Shown: positions 39,978 to 50,875, counted from the first letter of the stretch. The stretch is DNA of 64,000 nt from Candidatus Poribacteria bacterium (GCA_965208675.1 OZ242351.1:1632001-1696000); one strand, 5' to 3'. Notes: a model not told the origin generated them from the letters alone. Numbers and translations are program-made.

Positions 39978-41152
39978 AGATATTATTTTTGAGCCTTAGA
40001 TTCCCGTTTCCGCCTCACCGGGGAGATCGAATTCGAGCCTTTCATTTCAGCAAGCAGCTTGCTGAACACCATTCTCTAACTTTTGTCTCGTTTGTGGAAT
40101 CGGACCAGGAAATTTCTGATGTCAAGCAGATGGAAGCATTTTGTGACCGTGTTGAATGGGTACGTTTTCACCGAAATCGAGCTTGTCTCAATGCACTAAT
40201 CCACAGTTTTTCTAGCCAGCCATTACAACTTCATTATTGGTATGCCTCGCAAATGCAGCGAAAGGTTGATAGGCTGCTGGAACAGTATGACTTCAATTTG
40301 ATTCATGTTCAACTCTTTCGCATGGCGCAATATGTCTCCCACCGTCATGGGATACCGAAGATGCTAGACTTGTGTGACTCGCTCGCGTTGAACTTGCAGC
40401 GCCGATTGGTTTTGGATCGAAGTCTAAAACGGCCGCTGGTTAGGCTTGAAGAACGCCGTGTCCGTGAATATGAGGTTGAGATTGCGAAGTCATTTGATTG
40501 GGGGACGGTAGTTGCAGATTGCGATCGAGATTATCTGCTTGAACAGGACGATTCCCTGAATCTTTCAATTGTGCCGATGGGCGTCGATTTAGAATTCTTT
40601 CAACCCACTTCAACAGCGTATCAACCGCATCTGCTCTTCACAGGTACAATGAGCTACTTTCCAAATTGGGACGCCGCGATATTTTTTTATGAGCAAATCC
40701 TCCCGCTGATTCAATCCAAACACCCCGAGATAATCTTTAATATCGTCGGCAACCACCCGCCAGAGCAGATTAAGCGGCTATCCAATGGCAACAATGTTGT
40801 TGTTACCGGACACGTTCCCGATATACGCCCCTATTTTGAACAGGCTGCTGTGTTTGTGTCACCGCTGCGGTCGGGATCGGGGGTTCAGGTGAAAAATCTG
40901 GAAGCTATGGGAATGGGTGTTCCCGTTGTCACAACTTCGATTGGCGCACAGGGGTTGGAGGTAGAAGCTGGGAAAGACATTCTCATCGCAGATGCACCAG
41001 AAGACTTTGCGAAGCACGTAATTGATTTAATTCAATCACCCGATCTGCGCCAAAAAATTGGGGACGCCGGAAGACAGCTTGTCGAAACCAAATATAACTG
41101 GCCAATTCTAGCTAAACGTTTAGAAGCAGTTTACTCTCGGATTTGCAACTAA
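39974..41152 (+). CDS. GT4 family glycosyltransferase
   Basis: FPFPPHRGDRIR, FTGTMSYFPN and KNLEAMGMGVPVV. Confidence 0.9.
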   Translation: MKILFLSLRFPFPPHRGDRIRAFHFSKQLAEHHSLTFVSFVESDQEISDVKQMEAFCDRVEWVRFHRNRACLNALIHSFSSQPLQLHYWYASQMQRKVDRLLEQYDFNLIHVQLFRMAQYVSHRHGIPKMLDLCDSLALNLQRRLVLDRSLKRPLVRLEERRVREYEVEIAKSFDWGTVVADCDRDYLLEQDDSLNLSIVPMGVDLEFFQPTSTAYQPHLLFTGTMSYFPNWDAAIFFYEQILPLIQSKHPEIIFNIVGNHPPEQIKRLSNGNNVVVTGHVPDIRPYFEQAAVFVSPLRSGSGVQVKNLEAMGMGVPVVTTSIGAQGLEVEAGKDILIADAPEDFAKHVIDLIQSPDLRQKIGDAGRQLVETKYNWPILAKRLEAVYSRICN

Positions 41153-41191
41153 CAAACTCAGAATATATCAAAATAGATTAAAGGAAGGAAG

Positions 41192-43195
41192 ATGCGTGAG
41201 CGAAAAATTAGGCTAGGTTTTTCAATTATAACGGACATATTTTTAATTAACCTAGCTTTCCTATGTGCTTATCAAACCTGCAACCTACTCGGATTAAATT
41301 TACTTGAGTTGTTCAATCTTTCTGAAAATGAATCTTCGCCGTCCTTATGGGCTACTCAATCACCAGGCCGGATTCTTTTTATCATCGCTTTAACCGTTAC
41401 CGCAATCCGGATGTGTACCTTTTTCGCCTTCCAACTTTACAAACCGGTTTGGCGTTACGCGAGCGTTCGGGAATTTTGGGCGATTGTTGGAGCCGCATGT
41501 TCAGGTACCATTGCCCTTATTCTTATTCTGTATTTCGTTAATCTTTTTCAATCCTGGGCATTCTTTCTAATTGACGGATTATATAACATCACTTTCGTGG
41601 GCTTGGCAAAATTTTCTTTTCGCATTGCTGAAGAATATAGGCGAAGGGATGTCGCTCCTCCCAAAACCAGAGTATTGATTGTCGGCGCAGGCGCTGCTGG
41701 GGTCGGCGTTTTAAGGGAGATTCGGAATCATCCTGAAAAAGGGTATGTTCCCATCGGCTTTATTGACGACCATCCCCGTAAAGTCGGGAAAAGCATTCAG
41801 GGGCTTGATGTCCTTGGTACGACGCGTGAATTGGCATACATCGCACGCAAACGGCAAGTTGGCGAGATTGTTATCGCCATGCCCTCCGCTTCAGGAAGTC
41901 GAATTCGTGAAATTATTCAACAGTGCGAATACAAGGGTTGTAAATTCAAAATCGTCCCTAGCATCCATGCAATTCTCGCAGGACATGTAAGTATCAGCCA
42001 AATTCGGGAGGTACGGGTCGAAGATTTGCTGAACCGACCAACGTCCCGTATTGATTTGCCCGAAGTATCCAAATACTTATCCGGCAAACGGGTGATGGTG
42101 ACGGGCGCTGGTGGTTCAATCGGGTCAGAACTCTGCCGGCAGGTAGCAAAATTTAACCCCGAACTTCTCATTCTCTTTGGGCGTGGTGAGAACAGCATCT
42201 ACCACATTGAGAACGAACTTAGCGAGAATGAACCGAATCTTAATCGTGCGATGATTATTGGTGATATTCGAGATTGCTCGAAGGTTGACCAAGTCATCGC
42301 AAAATATCGCCCGCAGATTATCTTTCATGCGGCAGCGCACAAACACGTAAAGTTTATGGAGATTCACCCGGACGAAGCCGTCAAAAATAACATCATAGGT
42401 ACCAAGAATCTGGTGGATGCCGCAATTAAACATCATGTTGAAGCGTTTATTTTGGTGTCATCAGACAAGGCGGTCAATCCAACAAGCGTCATGGGCGCTT
42501 CAAAGCGTGTCACGGAAAAACTCATTCAGTGTAAGGCGAAACGGAACGGCACCGAGTTTATCGGCGTTCGATTCGGAAATGTAATCGACAGCCGGGGAAG
42601 TGTATTGCCAAAGTTTAAGCGGCAGATTATGAAGGGAGGGCCCGTAACTGTTACGCACCGTGACGTAATTCGATACTTCATGACAATTCCGGAGTCGGTT
42701 CAATTGCTTATTCAGGCTGGCGCGATGGGCATCGGTGGTGAAATCTTCATTTTGGATATGGGTGAACCAATCAAAATCTTGGATCTGGCGCGGGATTTAA
42801 TCAGGCTTTCCGGGCTGGAAGTGGACCGCGACATCAAAATTGAGTTCACGGGCTTAGAACCGGGTGAGAAATTATACGAGGAACTTTTGACCGTTCAAGA
42901 AGGGGTTACCGCTACGAAGCATCAGCGTATCTTTGTCGCTCAACTCGAAACGATTGAGGAAAAAAAGTTGTTGGCTAAAATTGATGAACTTGCCGAAATG
43001 GCGAACCACTTGGATACGGAAGGGATTATCGCCGAACTTCAGCAGATTGTGCCGACCTACGAACCCAATCGAGCGATTGCAAAGACCTCATACGACGAGA
43101 AAATTAAAAAATCAGAGGTTCAGGTGATTAATCTGGCAAATAGTCGAAAACTCGACGGAAAGCGCGAGTTTGGAAGTGCTTCCGAACGCATTTAA
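41192..43195 (+). CDS. Polysaccharide biosynthesis nucleoside-diphosphate sugar 4,6-dehydratase (CapD/PglF-like)
   Basis: N-terminal TMs, TGAGGSIGSE, HAAAHKHV, SSDKAVNP, RFGNV and GEKLYEEL. Confidence 0.92.
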   Translation: MRERKIRLGFSIITDIFLINLAFLCAYQTCNLLGLNLLELFNLSENESSPSLWATQSPGRILFIIALTVTAIRMCTFFAFQLYKPVWRYASVREFWAIVGAACSGTIALILILYFVNLFQSWAFFLIDGLYNITFVGLAKFSFRIAEEYRRRDVAPPKTRVLIVGAGAAGVGVLREIRNHPEKGYVPIGFIDDHPRKVGKSIQGLDVLGTTRELAYIARKRQVGEIVIAMPSASGSRIREIIQQCEYKGCKFKIVPSIHAILAGHVSISQIREVRVEDLLNRPTSRIDLPEVSKYLSGKRVMVTGAGGSIGSELCRQVAKFNPELLILFGRGENSIYHIENELSENEPNLNRAMIIGDIRDCSKVDQVIAKYRPQIIFHAAAHKHVKFMEIHPDEAVKNNIIGTKNLVDAAIKHHVEAFILVSSDKAVNPTSVMGASKRVTEKLIQCKAKRNGTEFIGVRFGNVIDSRGSVLPKFKRQIMKGGPVTVTHRDVIRYFMTIPESVQLLIQAGAMGIGGEIFILDMGEPIKILDLARDLIRLSGLEVDRDIKIEFTGLEPGEKLYEELLTVQEGVTATKHQRIFVAQLETIEEKKLLAKIDELAEMANHLDTEGIIAELQQIVPTYEPNRAIAKTSYDEKIKKSEVQVINLANSRKLDGKREFGSASERI

Positions 43196-43250
43196 CATAC
43201 CTTAACCGACTTATGTTCGATTTCCAAATTCTTATCTTATTCGGTAATTT

Positions 43251-44120
43251 ATGAAACGTAAGAGATTCTTCAAATTCTTGATTATCGGTGGAGCCCTCTT
43301 GGTATTGATACTGGTCGTCCGTTCGGTTACCACCAAGGGAGGACAGTTTGGTGAGAAGGTTGCTGTTGTCGAAATCATCGGTGCGATTTCAAAGTCGGAT
43401 AAGTTAATTGAGCAAATTCACCGATTTCGAGACGATCAAACGGTTAAGGCGATTGTTGTACGCATTGATTCCCCGGGCGGAAGTGTCGGCGCAGTGCAAG
43501 AAATTCACACCGAATTCACAAAACTGGAAAAACCGGTTGTTGCTTCTATGGGAAACACAGCAGCGTCAGGCGGGTATTACATCGCGTGTGCCGCGGATCA
43601 AATTGTTGCAAATCGCGGCTCCATTACCGGGAGTATCGGCGTTATCCTGCGGTTTATGAAGTTGAAAGGGCTTTACGAAAAGGTGGGCTTGGAAGATCAG
43701 GTCGTGAAAAGCGGCGAGTTTAAGGACACCGGTTCGCCTGCCCGCGGGCTTACCGACGCGGAACGCGCCTTATTACAAGACACCATTGATGACGTTCACA
43801 GCCAATTTGTAGATGCGGTGTTTGAAGGGCGTAAAGCCCATCTTGCCCGCGAGGAAATCGCTGCACTTGCTGACGGCCGAATCTTCTCCGGACAACAGGC
43901 TTTAGACTATAAGCTGGTAGATGTTCTCGGCAACCTGCCGGACGCAATCAAGCTTGCGGGGACGCTTAGTGGCATCTCTGGCAAACCCAAGGTTATCCGT
44001 GATAAACGCAAAGTGCCTTTAATCGAACGCGTCTTAGGAAACACGAGCCAGCAAAATTTAGGGCGTTTTCTTAGCGCGCCGGGGATTTCATTTCGGTATG
44101 AATTCGATTTGGGAGATTGA
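43251..44120 (+). CDS. sppA: Signal peptide peptidase SppA (short form)
   Basis: RIDSPGG, AASGGYYIA, TGSIGV, KSGEFKD and ADGRIFSG. Confidence 0.92.
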   Translation: MKRKRFFKFLIIGGALLVLILVVRSVTTKGGQFGEKVAVVEIIGAISKSDKLIEQIHRFRDDQTVKAIVVRIDSPGGSVGAVQEIHTEFTKLEKPVVASMGNTAASGGYYIACAADQIVANRGSITGSIGVILRFMKLKGLYEKVGLEDQVVKSGEFKDTGSPARGLTDAERALLQDTIDDVHSQFVDAVFEGRKAHLAREEIAALADGRIFSGQQALDYKLVDVLGNLPDAIKLAGTLSGISGKPKVIRDKRKVPLIERVLGNTSQQNLGRFLSAPGISFRYEFDLGD

Positions 44121-44226
44121 TGCGGATTCAGCATTGAAATTTCATTTGATGCTTTCCGCAGCATACATGTAATTTTGTGAAGCCCTTTGGTGTGGTGTTT
44201 GAAGGAGGTGGGCCGGAAACGCCGAT

Positions 44227-45294
44227 GTGGGGACAATACAGCAGCATCCGTTGCCGCATTCTATGGCAAACTCCTACCAAGTGAATCATGATTGGGAACG
44301 CACCGCGCGGCATGTCTTAAGGACTAAAGGGGTTGTGCTCGTTATTGGCAGCACCGATGTTGGGAAATTGACCTTTTGCAGGTTTTTGGTTGACCAAGGC
44401 GCAGCGAAAGGATTAAAGGTCGCTTTTGTTGATGCCGACATTGGGCAGTCGCAGATTGGACCGCCTACTACAATCGGGTTGAAGGTATTCCATCATTCTT
44501 CGGCATCGAATCCGAATGAATTGTATTTTGTGGGATCCGCGTCTCCCGACAATCACCTGCTTCAATGTGTAACGGGCACGCATTTGATGGTTGACGCAGC
44601 ACACAAAGCTGGCGCCGAGTTTGTCGTTATTGATACCACCGGTTATGTTGAAGGTGCGGCCGCAGTTGCACTCAAAAGACACAAAATTGAAATAATCCAG
44701 CCACATCACCTAATCTGTATCCACCGATCCAGCGAATTAAATCCAATCATAGCGGGATTTGACGGGCTTAGCACTATCCAAATTCACCACCTTTCACCGC
44801 ATAGGGATGCGGCTTCCAAGAGTGTTGAATCTCGAAGAAAATACCGCGAAACGCGCTTCGCGCATTACTTCGCTGATGCAGTTCGGGAGCGTGTAAACAT
44901 TGACCAAATTCGCGGGCAGCGGTCGCACTTTTTCATTGGACGGAGGGCGAATACAAAAGAACGGGAAATCCTCTCTGATTTTGCCGGCGAAGACGTTCGT
45001 TATGCGGAATGGGGCAATCGATCGCTTTCGCTTGTTACGCCAAAAACGCTTTCAAAACTGGCCCAAGCACGGGTGAAAAGCCAATATAGTCTGACCTCCT
45101 TAGTTTCCGAAACCCCTATGTATTTTGAGCAGCGTCTAATCGGTATGCTTGACGACTCAATGAAAACGCTTTCTATTGGCGTCATTGAATCCGTTGATTT
45201 TCTATCTAATGAGCTGCAGATTCTTTGCAAACCCAATTGTGCGTCTGCGACAAAAATAGTTCAGTTTGGACTACACAAGGAAAAAGGGAATTGA
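44227..45294 (+). CDS. Clp1/Grc3-family polynucleotide 5'-kinase-like protein
   Basis: Walker A GSTDVGKLT, DADIGQSQIGPP, IDTTGYV and an RRKYRE lid. Start may be ATG 44263. Confidence 0.82.
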   Translation: MGTIQQHPLPHSMANSYQVNHDWERTARHVLRTKGVVLVIGSTDVGKLTFCRFLVDQGAAKGLKVAFVDADIGQSQIGPPTTIGLKVFHHSSASNPNELYFVGSASPDNHLLQCVTGTHLMVDAAHKAGAEFVVIDTTGYVEGAAAVALKRHKIEIIQPHHLICIHRSSELNPIIAGFDGLSTIQIHHLSPHRDAASKSVESRRKYRETRFAHYFADAVRERVNIDQIRGQRSHFFIGRRANTKEREILSDFAGEDVRYAEWGNRSLSLVTPKTLSKLAQARVKSQYSLTSLVSETPMYFEQRLIGMLDDSMKTLSIGVIESVDFLSNELQILCKPNCASATKIVQFGLHKEKGN

Positions 45295-45341
45295 AAGGCT
45301 GATCGATTCATGTTCTACACATTACGAAAAACACACCGATT

Positions 45342-46058
45342 ATGTGGGATAATACTTACCTGCTTACCGAGCTCCCTTCAGAAGCCGAGACAGAAGAGGA
45401 AGTTGAATTCATTCGTGATGTGCTAGAACTCCGTCGAGGCGCAGTTGTTTTGGATTTGTGCTGTGGGAATGGACGGCATGGACAGATGCTTGCGGACCAA
45501 AACGTAACTGTCATCGGCTTAGACAGTTCGCGCCTTCTGCTGGACGAAGCGCGAAAAGACATACTTTCAACGGAATACGGCATCCATTTTATTGAAGGAG
45601 ATATGCGCCATATTCCACTCAAATCATCGTGCGATGCAGTCATCAACCTTTTTTCGAGTTTTGGATTCTTTGGCGAGGAGGGAAACCGACAGGTTCTTTC
45701 AGAAGTTGCCGCAGTCCTCAAGCCCGGTGGAAAATTCCTGGTGGAATACTGGAATCCCCATGCCGTCGTTGATTTGGATCGGTCACGAAATTGGTGGTGG
45801 ATCTCTGAATCCATGCTTGCTCTCGCAGAGGTTGAATACCATCCCGAATCTGGGTGTCTCTCAGACTATCGAACGGTGATTGAACTATCCTCCGGAACCA
45901 TTCAAAAGGCGGTCAATCGACTTCGGTTCTACTTTCCAACCGAACTCAAATCAATGTTGGAGGATGCCGCTTTGAAAGTATGTGCGACGTACGGAGATTT
46001 CGATTATAGCCCCTTCCTGATTGATGCGAGGCGGATGATTACAATCGCAGAAAGGTGA
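45342..46058 (+). CDS. Class I SAM-dependent methyltransferase
   Basis: VLDLCCGNGRH, GDMR, FSSFGFF and LKPGGKF. Confidence 0.9.
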   Translation: MWDNTYLLTELPSEAETEEEVEFIRDVLELRRGAVVLDLCCGNGRHGQMLADQNVTVIGLDSSRLLLDEARKDILSTEYGIHFIEGDMRHIPLKSSCDAVINLFSSFGFFGEEGNRQVLSEVAAVLKPGGKFLVEYWNPHAVVDLDRSRNWWWISESMLALAEVEYHPESGCLSDYRTVIELSSGTIQKAVNRLRFYFPTELKSMLEDAALKVCATYGDFDYSPFLIDARRMITIAER

Positions 46059-47875
46059 TTTTGATGCCGACGTTTCTGCGCTTCGCAAAGTATCTGAAGC
46101 CGTACATCGGTTCAATTGGATTGGCGTTCATGTGTGCGTTGGTGATGGCTATCTGCGAAGTGGGCTATTTTCAAATTCTGGGCGACACAACGGACGCACT
46201 CAAGCTGATTGAAACTAACACTGGTGACGGTCCAATACATGTCCGATATTTCTATGTTAAAGATGTCTTCGAAGGAATTGAAATTCCACTTCCGGACGCT
46301 GATGCAGCCATCACCCTTGTAGTTTGGGTATTGGGAGGGATTTTTACACTCGTAATAATCAAGGGGGCATTCACTTATTGTAACGACTATTTGATGGCAC
46401 GGGTTGGGAATAAACTCATTATCCGAGTTCGCAACGAGATGTATGAGCGAATTGCCTTTGCACCATTGGGGACTCTGAAAGAGCACCGCACAGGAGACCT
46501 AATGGCACGAGTCACAGACGATGTACGCACCTGGCAGTATACAGCCGGATCGACCGCAAATGTTATGCGGGATGTTGTGCTATTGCCCGTCTTCGTTGCC
46601 GTGCTGTTGTTCAAGAGTTTCCAGATGACTGTCTTGGTGTTGGTTCTATTTCCGTTACTTGGTCATCTGATTAGCCGGTTTGGACGGCGTATCCGCGGCG
46701 CAAGTACCGAGATACAACAGCAGACAGCGGATGTCTCTTCGCAGTTGAAAGAGACCATCTTCGGCATTAAAATCATTAAAAGTTTTACAGCGGAAAACCT
46801 AGAGTGCAGTCGATTTAAAGAAACCAATAGGCGCCAATATCGGTCAGCAATGCGACGCTCTCGATCTACTGCGATGCTGCCGCCGCTCGTCGAATTGATT
46901 AGCGCGGTCGGAATTGCAACAGTTTTTGGATTGGGATGTTGGCAGGTAATTCAAGGAGGCATTACAACCGGTTCGTTTATTGTTTATGTGGCGATGATTG
47001 GCAGGATGTTCAAACCAATCAAGACGGTTGGGCAATTCAATAACGTCCTGCAACAAAGCCTCGCTTCGGCAGAACGAATATTCTATGTGCTCGACTTCGA
47101 GAAAGAAGGCAACGAAGAGGACAAATTACCTCAACTGCCGCCTGTACGCGGTGAAGTCGAATTTCGCGACGTAATTTTCGGATATGACCGAGACGATGAG
47201 ATAATTAAGCACATTAATTTTTGTGTCAAACCGGGCGAAGTCATCGCCTTGGTTGGACCGAGCGGCGGCGGTAAAACCACGTTAGTCAATCTCTTGCCCC
47301 GCTTCTACGAATTGGATTCAGGAAAAATACTGATTGACGGGTATCCGATTGACCAGGTTTCACTGGATTCTCTCCGTCGGCAGATAGCGATTGTACCGCA
47401 AGATACAATCCTTTTTGGCGGAACGGTGCTGGATAACATCATCTATGGCCAACCGGCAGCCAATCGCGGCGACGCCATTGCAGCGGCGAAACAAGCCAAT
47501 GCTCACGAATTTATCGCCCAAATGCCCAACGGATACGATACACCAATTGGTGAATCCGGGATCAAATTATCCGGCGGGCAACAGCAGCGCATCTCAATTG
47601 CGCGGGCAATCTTGAAGAACCCGCGCATTCTTATACTTGATGAAGCAACTTCAGCACTAGACAGCCAGTCAGAAGCGCTAGTCCAACAATCACTCGGGTA
47701 CTTGATGCGGGGACGAACAACCTTCGTCATCGCCCATCGATTATCCACCGTCGTTAACGCGGACAGAATTCTTGTGCTCAAGGGCGGCAGAATCGTCGAA
47801 AGCGGGACGCACCAAGAGTTGTTAGACAAGGACGGAATTTATCGGACATTGCGTCAAATGCAGCGGCAGGAATAA
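46055..47875 (+). CDS. ABC exporter, fused permease/ATPase (MsbA-like)
   Basis: TM domain, GPSGGGKTT, LSGGQQQR, ILDEATSALD and IAHRLST. Confidence 0.92.
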   Translation: MILMPTFLRFAKYLKPYIGSIGLAFMCALVMAICEVGYFQILGDTTDALKLIETNTGDGPIHVRYFYVKDVFEGIEIPLPDADAAITLVVWVLGGIFTLVIIKGAFTYCNDYLMARVGNKLIIRVRNEMYERIAFAPLGTLKEHRTGDLMARVTDDVRTWQYTAGSTANVMRDVVLLPVFVAVLLFKSFQMTVLVLVLFPLLGHLISRFGRRIRGASTEIQQQTADVSSQLKETIFGIKIIKSFTAENLECSRFKETNRRQYRSAMRRSRSTAMLPPLVELISAVGIATVFGLGCWQVIQGGITTGSFIVYVAMIGRMFKPIKTVGQFNNVLQQSLASAERIFYVLDFEKEGNEEDKLPQLPPVRGEVEFRDVIFGYDRDDEIIKHINFCVKPGEVIALVGPSGGGKTTLVNLLPRFYELDSGKILIDGYPIDQVSLDSLRRQIAIVPQDTILFGGTVLDNIIYGQPAANRGDAIAAAKQANAHEFIAQMPNGYDTPIGESGIKLSGGQQQRISIARAILKNPRILILDEATSALDSQSEALVQQSLGYLMRGRTTFVIAHRLSTVVNADRILVLKGGRIVESGTHQELLDKDGIYRTLRQMQRQE

Positions 47876-48066
47876 ATCAGTAAACTTGATGCAAGGATTA
47901 CACGTCTCAATGAAAAGTTAAGAAAATTTCACCCAACAAATTTTCTGCATAAAAAGCGTTGCTCGAATACGAAGGTTATTTTGCTATGACACTTTTGGAA
48001 TCTTGCGTTGATGAGCAAGACTGAATTGTAATTCAATGGAAAAGTGTCAAGGAATATGGAACCCGA

Positions 48067-49455
48067 ATGAAAAACATCGCAGAAGACAAGAACCCTATGA
48101 GGTTTGATGATATTTTATCCAAGATTAAACAGAAGAATCGAGGCGATCGAATCGTGGCAAGTCGTGACGAATTCACGGATAGTCCAGTTAGGGGCGTTGC
48201 CAATATTAATGGCGAACTCGAATTTGGGGAAGATGACGAATTTGTGTCCGCGTTGCCCACTGATGAATCCGATGATAATGAGATTGATGATGAAGAAAAT
48301 GACGATCTGATCTCGTCATTTAGAACTCGCGGCGATGTCGCAGACAGCACGAAGGACGAAGCATTTTCGTATCTTCAGGAGATAGCCCGCACACCGCTGC
48401 TCACGCCCAAAGAAGAGGTTAAACTCTTCGAGAAATTTGAAGAGGGCAAGCAGTGGATTACGGAATTATTTGACCAGCTCCCCATCTCAATACTGGACGA
48501 AGTTCGCCCAAAAGCGAAGCCAAAGCGCGGCGCAAAACAGAAGTCGCCGAATGGCATTTGGTGGAGTCCCATGAACCTCGCCACAACCTTGGAGCAGATT
48601 CACGCAGAAATCAAGATTTATCAACGCGGCCAAACCGATGACGCCATCGAATCAAGAGATGCCCGCGAAGTGTGCGAATTCCTTGACCAACTTTGGATTG
48701 AACTCGGCAAAGCAGCCCAAAAGATTCAAGAAGCCAAACTTAAGCTTGTTGAGGCAAACCTTCTACTCGTCGCGAGCATCGCGAAACAACACAATTTCAA
48801 TCGATCGTCGCTCTCATTTCTGGATCTGATGCAGGAGGGAAGTATAGGATTGATGAAGGCGGTCGAGAAATTCGACCTTCAAAGAGGGTATCGCTTCAGC
48901 ACTTATGCGACTTGGTGGATTATGCAAGCGATTAAGCGGGCACTAGATCAACAGAGCCAGACAATTCGCATTCCGTGTTACGTCGGAGAAACCCGGCGGT
49001 CTATCAAGCAGGCCCAAACAAAACTTGCGAGGGACCTCGAACGCGAACCGGACATAAAAGAGATTGCTGAACTCGTCAAGATGACTGAGAGTCGTGTGGT
49101 TGAAATTCTTCAAAGTACAAAAGGTACAATTTCGCTTGACTCTCCGCTCAGCGATTCATCGCCCGATGCTACCATCTCTGACCTGCTTGCTGACGATTCC
49201 CAAATAACACCCGAAGAGGAACTGCTTTGCAGTTCGGAGAAAGAATCGCTCGAAAGGGTGCTCAACACCTTGGCGCCCCGTGAAAAGCATGTCATTAAAC
49301 TGCGTTACGGCTTGCAAGACGGCACAGAATACACGCTCGCCGAAATCGGGCGCCAACTTGGCATTAGCCGGGAAAGAGTCCGCCAAATCGAGGACGAAGC
49401 GCTTCGTAAACTGCGGCATCACACGCGCGTGCAGTATCTCGAAGAACTGCTCTAA
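48067..49455 (+). CDS. Sigma-70 family RNA polymerase sigma factor (RpoD-like, atypical)
   Basis: Region 1.2 YLQEIARTPLLT, region 2 DLMQEGSIGLMKAVEKFD and FSTYATWW, region 4 SRERVRQIE. Confidence 0.9.
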   Translation: MKNIAEDKNPMRFDDILSKIKQKNRGDRIVASRDEFTDSPVRGVANINGELEFGEDDEFVSALPTDESDDNEIDDEENDDLISSFRTRGDVADSTKDEAFSYLQEIARTPLLTPKEEVKLFEKFEEGKQWITELFDQLPISILDEVRPKAKPKRGAKQKSPNGIWWSPMNLATTLEQIHAEIKIYQRGQTDDAIESRDAREVCEFLDQLWIELGKAAQKIQEAKLKLVEANLLLVASIAKQHNFNRSSLSFLDLMQEGSIGLMKAVEKFDLQRGYRFSTYATWWIMQAIKRALDQQSQTIRIPCYVGETRRSIKQAQTKLARDLEREPDIKEIAELVKMTESRVVEILQSTKGTISLDSPLSDSSPDATISDLLADDSQITPEEELLCSSEKESLERVLNTLAPREKHVIKLRYGLQDGTEYTLAEIGRQLGISRERVRQIEDEALRKLRHHTRVQYLEELL

Positions 49456-49568
49456 CGCGCCATTTTTGTATCGCTTTCGCCCCCTATTGTTTCGAGTCGC
49501 CCTAGCGCTTATTGGGCTAGGTGGCAATAATTGGCGGAAGAAGCGGAATACTTCGTAGTCTCTTTCCG

Positions 49569-50522
49569 CTAGCGGTCCGCCGCCCGCGATGCAGCAAGTT
49601 CACGGAATCGGCTGATCGTTTTTTGGATTCCCTCTTCCATCGAATACATGGGCGTGAATCCGATTTCTTCTGCAACTGGCGTAGCGTCATAGTCCCATGA
49701 GATTCCAAATACGCCCTGTTTAAGCGTAATCTTCGCATCGGGTACAATCTGCTTCAAATATTCGGCGGCTTCGCGCACCGGGCGAATGCCGCCGCTGACA
49801 TTGAAAACCCGCGTGCGCGTCGTTGGACAGGTACACGCCATCAAAATGGATTGGGAGACATCTTCAACATATTGCCAATCCACAGCGTCGTCGCCAAAAG
49901 GCACAACACTCGGCCTCCCCATCGCGACATCTTCAATCATTTTTGTCGAAAATGAACTCATTCCCCGCGTTCGCCCAACCCCGTACACCGCTGTAAACCT
50001 CAGTCCGATGATGTCCACGTTGTAGTTGTCGAAGTAGAAAGACGCATACCTTTCGTTCAGGGATTTGCAAGCCCCATAAATGAACTTTGGGTAATGCGGC
50101 GCGTCATTTTTAATCTGCTGGTGGTTGTAATCTTCTGGCGCTCCAAAAACTGCAACTGTGCTCGCCCACACAACGCGTTTTAGATTGAAGATGCGCGCCG
50201 CTTCGAACATATTGATTGTGCCTTCGCATACCACCTTTAATGCCTGCGGCGGATTGGCGTCGCATGCTGGCACCTGCCACGATGCAAGATGGATAATCCG
50301 ATCGACTTTATGTTCCTTAACCGTACGCAAGACGTGCGGTACATCAGTAATATCCCCTTGGACAAAGGTGAAGCCTTCAAGTTGTTGAGGCGACAATACC
50401 AGCTTAGGAATGGTTAAATCGTGTATCGAATCAAAAACGATGAGTTTCTCGCCGGCATTTAGGAGATCACGAATCACGTAGGATCCGATGCACCCCATGC
50501 CACCGGTGATCAAATACGCCAT
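49569..50522 (-). CDS. NAD-dependent epimerase/dehydratase
   Basis: ITGGMGCIG and YGACK. Confidence 0.9.
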   Translation of the reverse strand: MAYLITGGMGCIGSYVIRDLLNAGEKLIVFDSIHDLTIPKLVLSPQQLEGFTFVQGDITDVPHVLRTVKEHKVDRIIHLASWQVPACDANPPQALKVVCEGTINMFEAARIFNLKRVVWASTVAVFGAPEDYNHQQIKNDAPHYPKFIYGACKSLNERYASFYFDNYNVDIIGLRFTAVYGVGRTRGMSSFSTKMIEDVAMGRPSVVPFGDDAVDWQYVEDVSQSILMACTCPTTRTRVFNVSGGIRPVREAAEYLKQIVPDAKITLKQGVFGISWDYDATPVAEEIGFTPMYSMEEGIQKTISRFRELAASRAADR

Positions 50523-50548
50523 CTTCTTTATGCCCCTTCTTCAATCTC

Positions 50549-50875
50549 TCAATCTTGGTATCTCGGTGAGTTTACGTCCACAAGAATATCGTTGCCTTCG
50601 ACTGCCACAGGATACGTAACAATCCGTTCTTTTCCCGGCCAGACGCATTTGCCCGTTTTCACGTCGAACTGCCATAGATGCAGCGGACACGTAATGACCT
50701 GATTCTCCAAAAATCCGTAGTGTAAGACGCCGCCGAGATGGGGGCAGATATTATTCATCGCATAGTATTCCCCATCGACGTTGTAGATTCCGACAAAGAC
50801 ACCCTCTACCTTGACACCGATTCCGTTTCCGGGTTCAACTTCATCGGTTGTAGCAGCCTTCAAAAACCGAGACAA
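50549..50875 (-). CDS. Rieske [2Fe-2S] ferredoxin
   Basis: CPHLGG...CPLHLWQFDVKTG. Confidence 0.9.
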   Translation of the reverse strand: MSRFLKAATTDEVEPGNGIGVKVEGVFVGIYNVDGEYYAMNNICPHLGGVLHYGFLENQVITCPLHLWQFDVKTGKCVWPGKERIVTYPVAVEGNDILVDVNSPRYQD

